Program-made: the position numbers and the translations under genes | Part shown: positions 19,561 to 27,471 of the stretch, piece after piece | How the letters are laid out: each line of letters opens with the position of its first letter | Numbering within the stretch: the stretch's first letter is position 1 | DNA from: Omnitrophica bacterium GWA2_41_15 | GTDB taxonomy: Bacteria; Omnitrophota; Gorgyraeia; Ghiorseimicrobiales; Ghiorseimicrobiaceae | Direction of reading: 5' to 3' | DNA length: 54,252 bases | Assembly: GCA_919902105.1 (NCBI GenBank) | Contig: CAKKQO010000004.1 | Coordinates: 4,180-58,431, forward strand | The notes under the pieces: generated by a model | Seen by the model: the letters and a program-made list of their open reading frames with translations, nothing else | The model's database searches: none | Told to the model about the DNA's origin: nothing

Positions 19561-20241
19561 CTAATCCAACTTAAAGGCAATAATAACCTTAAACGATAAT
19601 TCCGGATAATCCAACTCCTGAGGAATTAGGGGAAACGGAGAAGCATCCTTGATACTTTTTATGGCTATTTCTTTAAGATAGTTATTCTGTGCTGATTTCT
19701 CATCAATAATCCTTAATTCTTTCAAATTACCGTCGGAGATAACCGTAAAAGAGAGATAAATCTCTCCGGAGTAGGCGCGGTTATAATTATAATAAGCATA
19801 ATGCCGGATTTTCTCTCTGATTGCCTGATAATACTTTAAATAAATGGGATTTTTGGGTAAAGTCCCCTGCCCAGAAACAGACTCTTCTAATAAAGCCACT
19901 TTCTTGGCTCTAGCCGCAATAGATTTATCATCATAATAAACTACCGGCTTCTTCATCGGCTCTGTCTCTAGTTTAGACTTAAGAAAATAGTCGTTAAAGT
20001 TCGGGGGCGGATTTTTGGCGATATTCAACTGCTCTATTCTCTTTAGTGGCTCAATTCGGCGGCTCTCGTTAACCTTAACTTGGTCTTTTTCTATGGGAGT
20101 AATTTTCTGATAAGCAACTTCTATTTTTTGAAAGGTATTCTTATCCGGGGCTAAATTCAATGAAGGCAGGCTAATGAGAAAAGCCGTGTGCGCCGCCAAA
20201 GAAAGAAGTAAAGATATGATAAATAATCTATCTTTTAACAT
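19561..20241 (-). CDS. TonB-like energy-transducer C-terminal domain protein
   Basis: N-terminal TM, linker, C-terminal GEIYLSFTVISDGNLKELRIIDEKS...AIKSIKDASPFPLIP resembling TonB_C. Confidence 0.5.
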   Translation of the reverse strand: MLKDRLFIISLLLSLAAHTAFLISLPSLNLAPDKNTFQKIEVAYQKITPIEKDQVKVNESRRIEPLKRIEQLNIAKNPPPNFNDYFLKSKLETEPMKKPVVYYDDKSIAARAKKVALLEESVSGQGTLPKNPIYLKYYQAIREKIRHYAYYNYNRAYSGEIYLSFTVISDGNLKELRIIDEKSAQNNYLKEIAIKSIKDASPFPLIPQELDYPELSFKVIIAFKLD

Positions 20242-20386
20242 TTACTGTTGTGCGCCCCTGAAAACGCTTTCTTAAACTGGTATTTTCTATCTTGTTTTTT
20301 AAGGCGCTTATGGCATACTTATTATAGAATCTAAAAGATGGAGGGCAAGATAGCGCAAGCACCTTGAGGCCTATCGCCTCTCCTTA

Positions 20387-20411
20387 GGCCCGTAAAACCG
20401 GGCCTTTTTTT
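20387..20411 (+). terminator. intrinsic terminator on the plus strand with no upstream plus-strand gene
   Basis: GGCCCG-taaaac-CGGGCC followed by TTTTTTT. Confidence 0.6.
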
Positions 20412-20484
20412 ATTATACTCCTCTATCTATTAATCGCAAGCAGAAAAAAATGAGGCGGAAAAAGCAAAAAGGCAGTATAATATC

Positions 20485-20759
20485 TACTGAGCCTCCGAGA
20501 AATAATGGGCACATTGGAGGCTTAGGTTTGAGCCAGATGCAAGGCGCGACGACGAAGGCGTGCCCAATGTGGCACGCAGAGGAGGAGCAACGAAGCAGCA
20601 GGCCAAAGATAAGCCTCCCCTTCGGGGCTGGCCGCTTTTGGGCTGCGACTGCGTCGTTCGTCCTTGGCGTAGTGCATAGACTACGCCGGCGTCCTCACTT
20701 CTTGTCTCGCTCCAAAATCGTCACAGCCAATGTACTCATTATTTCTCGGAGGCTCAGTA
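20485..20759 (+). promoter_or_regulatory. GC-rich structured 5' leader (~275 nt) of the DUF362 gene; the closing helix sequesters the SD
   Basis: 33-nt arms 20485-20517 / 20727-20759 (31 Watson-Crick pairs + 1 GU + 1 mismatch); TATAAT at 20476-20481; internal helices 20518-20534/20601-20616, C(UUCG)G hairpin at 20618-20627, 8-bp hairpin 20666-20687; GGAGG 20748-20752 pairs with CCTCC 20492-20496. Confidence 0.6.
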
Positions 20760-20760
20760 A

Positions 20761-21825
20761 ATGAAAAGCGATGTTTATTTTATCGAAACAAAAACTAACG
20801 ATTTAACTTCTCGCAAATCTTGCCTGTTAAAATTATTAGCGAATCTCCAAGACAATTTCAAATATCAGAAAGATGAATTAGTGCCGGTAAAGTTGACTAT
20901 CGGGGACTCTCTCTGTACTTACAATCTCAGCCCGGACTTAGTAAAAATAGTTATTGCGCAGATAAAGGCAAAAAAGGCAAATCCGTTTCTCTTTGACACC
21001 AATGTAATTTATAGCGGCGAACGCCAGAATGCCGTAGACCATCTAACACTTGCTCAAAATAAAGGTTTTGCGCAGGTAAAAACCGGTGCCCCTTATATCG
21101 TCGCAGACGGGCTATTTGGCCAAGACGGCAAGGAATTTGCGCTCGACTCAAAGGTAATTAAAAAAATAAAGGTCCCTTCATTTATCGGAATATTAGAGAG
21201 CTTGGTTGTCCTCTCGCACGCTACCGGGCATATCGTTTCCGGATATGCCGGCGCAATAAAGAATGTGGCGATGGGAATGGTAGCTCGCCCCACAAAACTG
21301 ACGCTTCATTCCTCTATTAAACCGCATACCATAGAAGATAAATGCACGCTCTGTAAGATTTGTATCGCAAACTGCCCGGCTGGCGCGATGGAAGTTAAAG
21401 CTGAATGCGTAGTTATTAATCCGGATTTATGTATTGGCTGCGGCGAATGTTTATGTGCCTGTAAATTTAACGCCATTTTTATCAATTGGAGTGAGGATGC
21501 GGACATTTTTGCCAAGCGCCTGGTTGATGCGGCGCAATTTATCCTCTCACAATTTAAACATAGGTTTTTTATCAATTTCGCCTTTGATATCACTAAGGAA
21601 TGCGACTGCATTTCAGATAAAAACGATAAAATGCTCTCAAGCGATATCGGAATCCTGGCATCAAGTGATCCGCTAGCAATAGATAAAGCTACGATGGATT
21701 TGATTGACCAAAGGCAGGGAAGACTCCGCAGGGAACGGCCGCAGGGAGTATTCACTAAAATGTTTTCTTATGCACAGGAAAAGGGGTTGGGTAATTTAGA
21801 ATATAATTTAATTAAGTATGACTAA
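20761..21825 (+). CDS. DUF362 domain protein with inserted 2x[4Fe-4S] ferredoxin domain
   Basis: CTLCKICIANCP and CIGCGECLCACK cluster motifs inside a DUF362-like scaffold. Confidence 0.75.
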   Translation: MKSDVYFIETKTNDLTSRKSCLLKLLANLQDNFKYQKDELVPVKLTIGDSLCTYNLSPDLVKIVIAQIKAKKANPFLFDTNVIYSGERQNAVDHLTLAQNKGFAQVKTGAPYIVADGLFGQDGKEFALDSKVIKKIKVPSFIGILESLVVLSHATGHIVSGYAGAIKNVAMGMVARPTKLTLHSSIKPHTIEDKCTLCKICIANCPAGAMEVKAECVVINPDLCIGCGECLCACKFNAIFINWSEDADIFAKRLVDAAQFILSQFKHRFFINFAFDITKECDCISDKNDKMLSSDIGILASSDPLAIDKATMDLIDQRQGRLRRERPQGVFTKMFSYAQEKGLGNLEYNLIKYD

Positions 21826-22355
21826 TCCTTGCGCTCTTCGACCTTATCAAGATAGAATAGCTTGCCTTTTTTTGCTAAGGTTGCAATCAATTTACGGCCT
21901 TCCAACGTAGAATAGCCAACCTGCACAGAGAAAGATTCGTTTATTAAGTGAGGTATTATCTTATTCGTCACTTGCGGCAGGCTTATACCTCCATCGTCAA
22001 ATACTTCATAATCTAATCTAATTTCTCCTTTCGGTTTTAGAAATTCTACGTTTTTAATCTTGATTAGTAAAATCTGTTTAAAACCAGAATCGCTTATTGC
22101 AGCCTTCGTGTCTATAAAATTTATATCTTTTATAGCAAAGTCGCTTTCATTCAATAAGTAGAAGCCGTATTTTTCATCTTTGATATTATCGATCAATTTT
22201 AAGCTAACCAGCGGCAGGTGCCTTTTTGTAATTTCTTTCCCCAGCCGCCTTTTTAAATACAAAATATAAAACATACATAGGGATATAAGCAAAAAAGATG
22301 CTTCTATGGTCATCTCTTTATTTATGAGAAAGGTTACTAATTTATTCATATACAC
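21822..22355 (-). CDS. hypothetical membrane-anchored protein
   Basis: Single N-terminal TM; overlaps the end of the glycerol-3-P dehydrogenase gene by 10 nt. Confidence 0.35.
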   Translation of the reverse strand: MYMNKLVTFLINKEMTIEASFLLISLCMFYILYLKRRLGKEITKRHLPLVSLKLIDNIKDEKYGFYLLNESDFAIKDINFIDTKAAISDSGFKQILLIKIKNVEFLKPKGEIRLDYEVFDDGGISLPQVTNKIIPHLINESFSVQVGYSTLEGRKLIATLAKKGKLFYLDKVEERKD

Positions 22356-23797
22356 AAGCTCCTTCTAACCTCTTCTTTATATCTGTTTATTTCAAAAACT
22401 TTGCCTGTATTATTCCAGCCAAGATAGCCAGACATAATCCGGGCATATTCTTCAAGGCGGTCAAGGCCATGCGAAGGCGTAAAAAAAACTTGCAGCCGGC
22501 GCACCAAGAGATCACTTAGACTATTAGCCATTTCATTTTTTACTGCCTGCTCTATAACTTTTGATAAGTCAGTTTTATCAAGTTCGCCTAAAGGCGAATA
22601 TGGCCCAACGTTGCCGGTAATGCATTCTTTAAAATTACTTTTTCCTAATTTAGAAAGCAGAACGTCTACCACTTGTTCGGCAAGGCGCCGGTAGGTAGTA
22701 TATTTTCCCCCGATGAGAGAAACCAGCCCTGAGGGCGAGATGCAGATTAAATGCTCGCGCGAAACTTGGCTTGCGGGCCTGCCTTGTGTATTTACCAATG
22801 GCCTTAAGCCGGCATAAGTAGTAATTATTCCTTTTCTATCTATGTTCTCGGACGGGAAAATACGGCGTGTTTCTTCAAGCAGGTATTCCAGATCATCAAA
22901 ATCAGCATAAACTTCATCGAAAGAGCCGCAGTAATCTGTATCCGTTGTCCCAATCAGTGAAAATCCGCGCCAAGGGATAATAAAAAATATCCTTTTATCT
23001 TTACGGGCCGATAAGACAATTGCGTGTTTGTGGGGAAGTTTCCTGTAAATTATATGCACCCCTTTAGTAGGACGAGTAATAGGACAGGCCTCCCGATTAT
23101 CCATTTTTATAATCCGGTTTGACCAGGCGCCTGTAGCGTTAACGATAGCCCTTGCGCGGATAATAAGTTTTTCTTTAGTTAAATTATCCTGCGCCGTAAC
23201 TCCGTAAACCCTTCCATTTTCTTTGATAAACCCCGTTACCTCTAACTTATTCGCTACGCAACAACCCGCGTCATATGCTGAAATTGCATTATCTAAACAA
23301 AGCCGGATATCATCCACTGTCGCATCAGAATAGATAACCCCGCCTTTTAAGTTGTGCGGCTCAATATTTGCCTCAAGTGCAATTAAATCATCTCTTTTAA
23401 GGGCGCGATGCTTACGGATATTTTCCCTTACTGCCAGTAAATCGTAAAGAAAAACACCGCTTTTTATCTTGAATAACGGACGGGGGCCGCCTTTATAAAC
23501 AGGAATGATAAATTCAAGAGGTTTAACTAAATGCGGAACTGTTTTTAAAAGTATGGCGCGTTCATGGAGCGCTTCGTATACCAGCTTAAAATTGAATTGC
23601 TCTAAATAGCGTATACCGCCATGGATAAGCTTGGTAGTCTTTCCGCTGGCGCCAGATGCAAAATCATTTTTTTCGATTAGCGCAGCTTTTGCGCCTCTTA
23701 GGGATGCATCGCGGGCAATGGCGCAGCCGTTAATCCCGCCGCCAATAACCAGCAAATCAAAAATTTTGTTCTTAAGTTGTTCTATATCGCGTTTCAT
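22346..23797 (-). CDS. glpD: FAD-dependent glycerol-3-phosphate dehydrogenase
   Basis: DLLVIGGGINGCAIARDASLRG dinucleotide fold; downstream of glpK. Confidence 0.85.
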   Translation of the reverse strand: MKRDIEQLKNKIFDLLVIGGGINGCAIARDASLRGAKAALIEKNDFASGASGKTTKLIHGGIRYLEQFNFKLVYEALHERAILLKTVPHLVKPLEFIIPVYKGGPRPLFKIKSGVFLYDLLAVRENIRKHRALKRDDLIALEANIEPHNLKGGVIYSDATVDDIRLCLDNAISAYDAGCCVANKLEVTGFIKENGRVYGVTAQDNLTKEKLIIRARAIVNATGAWSNRIIKMDNREACPITRPTKGVHIIYRKLPHKHAIVLSARKDKRIFFIIPWRGFSLIGTTDTDYCGSFDEVYADFDDLEYLLEETRRIFPSENIDRKGIITTYAGLRPLVNTQGRPASQVSREHLICISPSGLVSLIGGKYTTYRRLAEQVVDVLLSKLGKSNFKECITGNVGPYSPLGELDKTDLSKVIEQAVKNEMANSLSDLLVRRLQVFFTPSHGLDRLEEYARIMSGYLGWNNTGKVFEINRYKEEVRRSLCI

Positions 23798-23806
23798 TCG
23801 GCTATT

Positions 23807-25291
23807 CTATAGCCTTGCTTTCTCAACTGCCTTAAGCCAACCCGTGTAAAGTTTATTTCTTTGCGGGTTTTTCATTTGAGGCAAGAATATCCTTTCAGTT
23901 CTGATAGTCTTTTTTAATTCCGAAACACTCCTCCAGAAACCAGCGCCTAAACCTGCCAGCATTGCAGCACCCCTGGCAGTAGTCTCAGTTACTTTAGGCC
24001 GCAGTATATTTACGCCTAAAATATCTGCCTGAAACTGCATTAAAAAATTATTGCCGGCCGCTCCGCCATCTACCCGCAGCGCATACAATCTCTCTTTTGT
24101 TTCTTTCTCCATAACACCTACCACATCTTTTACCTGATAGGCAATTGCCTCTAATGTTGCACGTATAATATGATTCCTATTAGTCCCGCGGGTAATGCCG
24201 GTAATGGTGCCGCGCGCAGAAGAATCCCAATACGGCGCACCCAGCCCGACAAATGCCGGCACAAAATATACGCCTTTGGTATTAGGAACTTTTTTGGCTA
24301 AGGATTCGCTCTCAGAAGCTGTTTTAATGATTTTTAACTCATCCCTTAGCCACTGCACTGCCGCCCCAGTAATAAATACCGCCCCCTCTAACGCATAGAC
24401 CGGTTTACCTTTGCTATCACAGGCAAGCGTGGTCAATAAGCCATTTTTAGATAAAATGTACTTTGCGCCGGTATTTAATAAGAAAAAACAACCGGTGCCA
24501 TAGGTATTTTTCATTTGGCCGGGTAAAAAGCAACCCTGCCCAAAAAGCGCCGCCTGCTGGTCGCCGGCAACGCCAAAAATCGGTATGCCTGAAATAAGGC
24601 CGCAGGCGCCTTTGGTAGTTTTACCGAAGAACGAACTAGAAGCATTAACCTTCGGCAGAATCCCTCGTGGGATATTAAAAATTTTTAGTAGTTCCCTATC
24701 CCATTTTTTCTCTTTGATATTAAATATCAAGGTACGCGAGGCATTTGTATAGTCAGTTATATGCGCACTCCGGCCGGTCAAGTTCCAAATCAACCAAGAG
24801 TCAACCGTGCCAAAACAAATTTCACCGGCGAGAGCTTTAGCGCGCAATCCTTTTATGTTATCAAGAAGCCACTTGATTTTAGTCCCTGAAAAATAGGCAT
24901 CGAGCACCAGCCCGGTCTTTTTATGAAAAATTTCGGCGTAACCGGCGTTTTTTAGTTTTTCGCATATATCTTTAGTGCGCCGGCATTGCCAGACAATCGC
25001 ATTATGCACAGGCCTGCCGGTCTTTCTCTCCCAGAGAATGGTTGTTTCGCGTTGGTTAGTGATACCTATTGCCGCAATTTCGGCTGGCTTGATCTGTTTA
25101 CGTTTGAGCGCTTCTTTAACCACAAATTCAACCGACTGCCAGAGCTCTAAAGGATTGTGTTCCACCCAGCCGGGATGAGGATAAATCTGGCGGAACTCCT
25201 TATAGGAGCTGGATACAATATTGCCGCGCTTATCAAAGATAAATGCGCGGCTTCCCGTTGTCCCCTGGTCTATGGCTAAAATATATTTCAT
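23807..25291 (-). CDS. glpK: glycerol kinase
   Basis: MKYILAIDQGTTGSRAFIFD... FGGY kinase; start moved to the internal ATG (ORF track starts 45 nt upstream). Confidence 0.95.
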   Translation of the reverse strand: MKYILAIDQGTTGSRAFIFDKRGNIVSSSYKEFRQIYPHPGWVEHNPLELWQSVEFVVKEALKRKQIKPAEIAAIGITNQRETTILWERKTGRPVHNAIVWQCRRTKDICEKLKNAGYAEIFHKKTGLVLDAYFSGTKIKWLLDNIKGLRAKALAGEICFGTVDSWLIWNLTGRSAHITDYTNASRTLIFNIKEKKWDRELLKIFNIPRGILPKVNASSSFFGKTTKGACGLISGIPIFGVAGDQQAALFGQGCFLPGQMKNTYGTGCFFLLNTGAKYILSKNGLLTTLACDSKGKPVYALEGAVFITGAAVQWLRDELKIIKTASESESLAKKVPNTKGVYFVPAFVGLGAPYWDSSARGTITGITRGTNRNHIIRATLEAIAYQVKDVVGVMEKETKERLYALRVDGGAAGNNFLMQFQADILGVNILRPKVTETTARGAAMLAGLGAGFWRSVSELKKTIRTERIFLPQMKNPQRNKLYTGWLKAVEKARL

Positions 25292-25405
25292 ATCTATTGA
25301 GAAACGTATAAGCAATAGAAATATCTGTTCGCACACGAAATTTTTTGCCGTCTGCTACGGTTTACCGCTCACAGTTGTTTCCATCGCTTATGCGTAACTA
25401 TATAG

Positions 25406-25774
25406 TTAGTAAGTTATCTTCTCTAATATGCTTTCGAGTTTATTTTGCTTAAAAATTAACTCGTAACGTTCCCGTCCCAGCGGTATCAGCGGCGTCAAAA
25501 TAGCTATCCATCTAAAACCCTCTTTATAATACAGATAGATTATTTTATCGCCTTTAGTAATAATCTTGGAGGGCTCTCCTATATTTGCTTTTACTTCTTC
25601 AGTAGTCATCCCTATAGATAAATTAGGAGGGTTATTCCATTTATTTAAGATAACCTCCCCCTTATCATTGCGCACAAGGTTTATTTGTTCCGTTCTGTAG
25701 GTTGTGGGAAAGGCACAGCCGTTTAATATTAAGCATAATAATAATACCGAGAGGTTTTTCATTACTTTTTTCAT
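25406..25774 (-). CDS. lipoprotein, unknown function (122 aa from internal ATG)
   Basis: MKKVMKNLSVLLLCLILNGC lipobox; ATGA overlap with the preceding small ORF. Confidence 0.5.
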   Translation of the reverse strand: MKKVMKNLSVLLLCLILNGCAFPTTYRTEQINLVRNDKGEVILNKWNNPPNLSIGMTTEEVKANIGEPSKIITKGDKIIYLYYKEGFRWIAILTPLIPLGRERYELIFKQNKLESILEKITY

Positions 25775-25905
25775 TTTTGGGTTGCCTGGTAAATACCGTA
25801 AGCTGCAGCCGCGCTCAAAGCCGTGCTTAATAGGGCGCAGCCAGAAATACCTAGTGTTAATAATACTACTGCCGTCCAAGTAAAGATCAATTGTTTTTTA
25901 TTCAT
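25771..25905 (-). CDS. small lipoprotein/membrane peptide (44 aa)
   Basis: Not in ORF track. MNKKQLIFTWTAVVLLTLGISGCALLSTALSAAAAYGIYQATQK; GAAGGAGAAAAATG start context; lipobox ISGC. Confidence 0.5.
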   Translation of the reverse strand: MNKKQLIFTWTAVVLLTLGISGCALLSTALSAAAAYGIYQATQK

Positions 25906-25945
25906 TTTTCTCCTTCAATAAACACACGATTTCTTGCTTGAGATT

Positions 25946-26080
25946 TCAAAATGCCCGAGGATGAAGCAGAACCCCTCCTTCTTCAACCTTTGCTTTCGCC
26001 TCATGCTCTTTCTTTTTCTTAAGGCACTTCTTAAAGTCGCATGCCTTCTTCTTTTTCGGCCCGAACGCTTTCCTTCCCAT
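25946..26080 (-). CDS. small Lys-rich protein (44 aa) with CX5C
   Basis: Not in ORF track. MGRKAFGPKKKKACDFKKCLKKKKEHEAKAKVEEGGVLLHPRAF; AAGGAGG 6 nt upstream of ATG; own promoter. Confidence 0.45.
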   Translation of the reverse strand: MGRKAFGPKKKKACDFKKCLKKKKEHEAKAKVEEGGVLLHPRAF

Positions 26081-26113
26081 AGGTATCCTCCTTAAATGGA
26101 TAATAATGATTAA

Positions 26114-26141
26114 TTATACCAAATTTCTACAGGCAAACAAG
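26114..26141 (-). promoter_or_regulatory. sigma70-like promoter for the small Lys-rich ORF
   Basis: Minus-sense TTGTTT (26141-26136), 16-nt spacer, TATAAT (26119-26114). Confidence 0.4.
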
Positions 26142-26176
26142 TTATAATCATTATACTGTCGCCTTTGCCGTATAAA

Positions 26177-26207
26177 CAAAAAAGCCGGACAATTAAGTCC
26201 GGCTTTT
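26177..26207 (-). terminator. bidirectional intrinsic terminator after the Met-rich membrane protein gene
   Basis: AGCCGGAC-aattaa-GTCCGGCT flanked by A-run and T-run. Confidence 0.7.
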
Positions 26208-26232
26208 ATAGTTCAACTATTAGGATAAGCTA

Positions 26233-26457
26233 TTATTTAGCCGCAGGCATTTCTGTGCCGCTAACCGGGCATTCCATTGCACCCTTGCCGCCCATCATCC
26301 CGCTCATTGCGCCCTTGCCGCTTTTCCAGCATAAATGTTTCTTGCTCATATATAAGTGTTTGCAAGCCACTCCGACAAGCAAGACTATCGCAATAATAGT
26401 CAGTAAGATATTGGTGTATTTAAGAGAAGACAAAATTCCCTTTTCTTCATTCGCCAT
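26233..26457 (-). CDS. small membrane protein with Met/Gly-rich C-terminal tail (74 aa)
   Basis: GAGGAGG 5 nt upstream of the ATG at 26457; one TM; tail GKGAMSGMMGGKGAMECPVSGTEMP. Confidence 0.5.
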   Translation of the reverse strand: MANEEKGILSSLKYTNILLTIIAIVLLVGVACKHLYMSKKHLCWKSGKGAMSGMMGGKGAMECPVSGTEMPAAK

Positions 26458-26572
26458 ACCCACCTCCTCAATCCCGCGAGTAGCGGAAAAATTTAAAGCC
26501 GATTTATTTCTTAATGCGTATTGTACCTTAATATTGCTTATCTCGCAAGTAAAATTATGGTATGCTTATAAT

Positions 26573-27471
26573 ATGGACGCCTGCCAAAAAGAATTTAACC
26601 GCCTTAAAAGAATAAAGATATTGGTGGCTAAAAATTTTTCTCATTTCGGGCTGAACAAAAAACAGGAAATCAAGCGCCTCATTTATGAAATCTCCAAACG
26701 CGACAACTTAAACCCGGCTAAGGTTATCCGCGGCGCTCAAACAGGGGAATTTAACAGGATAAAAGAATATCTTATAAGCCGCCGTTTTCCTTATGCATAT
26801 GCTCATCGCGAAATCTCAAAAATTTACCTGCCCAGCATCGAACTTGCGGCTCTCGACGCCTTTAATCCTCCGAAGAACAAGTTTTATCCTAAAAAAATCT
26901 TTATAGAAAGACAAGTTAAAGGCTCTTATTTAGCCAAACGTTTTAAAAACGCTTTCCCAAAGGCAGATTTTTGCCAAATTTCGACGCTAAAAGATTACCT
27001 CAAGCCAGAAAAAAGATACGACACTGTAGATTATAACGCGCGGCGTGACACGGTTTTTAATGTGCGCAAGCAGGATATCGGATAGGGTTTCATTTTGACC
27101 CGGTGTTTTATTTTCCCGCCACTAATACTTCGGCGGGATGGAAGAAAGAATACGCTCAGGTTATCGAGAACCTTTTTGCTCACGTTAAGCCGCGTTCTCT
27201 TGCCTGGATAAGTATCGACACCTTTCGCTTTAAGCCGGAATTAAAAAAGATCATTGAGGCGCGTTTTCCGCAAAATAGAATTTTAGACGAAGAACTGCTT
27301 CTCGGCTACGACAATAAATTAAGATACCCTGATAGCCTAAGATACGATATTTATAAATTCCTTATTGAAACTATGAAAAAACACGCCAAGCAATTACCAA
27401 TTTACCTCTGTATGGAAGAAAAAGCTGTCTGGCAAAGACTTAACCTACGTTTCCCATTCTATATAAGATAG
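26573..27471 (+). pseudogene. spore-photoproduct-lyase-family radical SAM gene with internal deletion of the CX3CX2C core and a frameshift
   Basis: Frame 1 ends ...YNARRDTVFNVRKQDIG* (compare B. subtilis SplB YRNAKSTLVIGVRK). Frame 2 opens at 27061 as CAQAGYRIGFHFDPVFY...GWKKEY...LAWISIDTFRFKPELKKIIEARFP (compare SplB AKAGYPLGF...EGWEEGY). About 170 aa between the two are missing. Confidence 0.65.

Noticed and set aside
19398-19580. 60-aa minus-strand ORF between the TonB-like gene and rpsU
   Set aside because: It overlaps the rpsU start and the TonB-like stop, has no SD, and has implausible composition. rpsU (19247-19411) explains the region.
20485-20759. Identity of the structured element as RNase P RNA, SRP/4.5S RNA, tmRNA, 6S RNA, a second cobalamin riboswitch or a retron msr-msd
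   Set aside because: - None of the hallmark strings are present (GGAAAGUCCGG for RNase P, GGAA-tetraloop AGCAGC symmetric loop for SRP, tRNA-like ends for tmRNA, GCCACUG plus the B12 box for cobalamin).
- No reverse transcriptase gene follows.
- A Moco-type riboswitch crossed my mind because of the GAGCCUCCGAG string, but I cannot verify that consensus from memory.
20450-20764. 104-aa plus-strand ORF covering the GC-rich region upstream of the DUF362 gene
   Set aside because: There is no SD. The composition is Arg/Ser/Gly/Ala-rich, as expected from translating GC-rich structured RNA. It spans a 33-bp inverted repeat and several clean hairpins. It is interpreted as a non-coding leader.
26165-26572. 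N-terminal 136 aa of the 306-aa plus-strand ORF
   Set aside because: This part is antisense to the well-supported Met-rich membrane protein gene and crosses a bidirectional terminator. The real SPL-like reading frame begins at the ATG at 26573.
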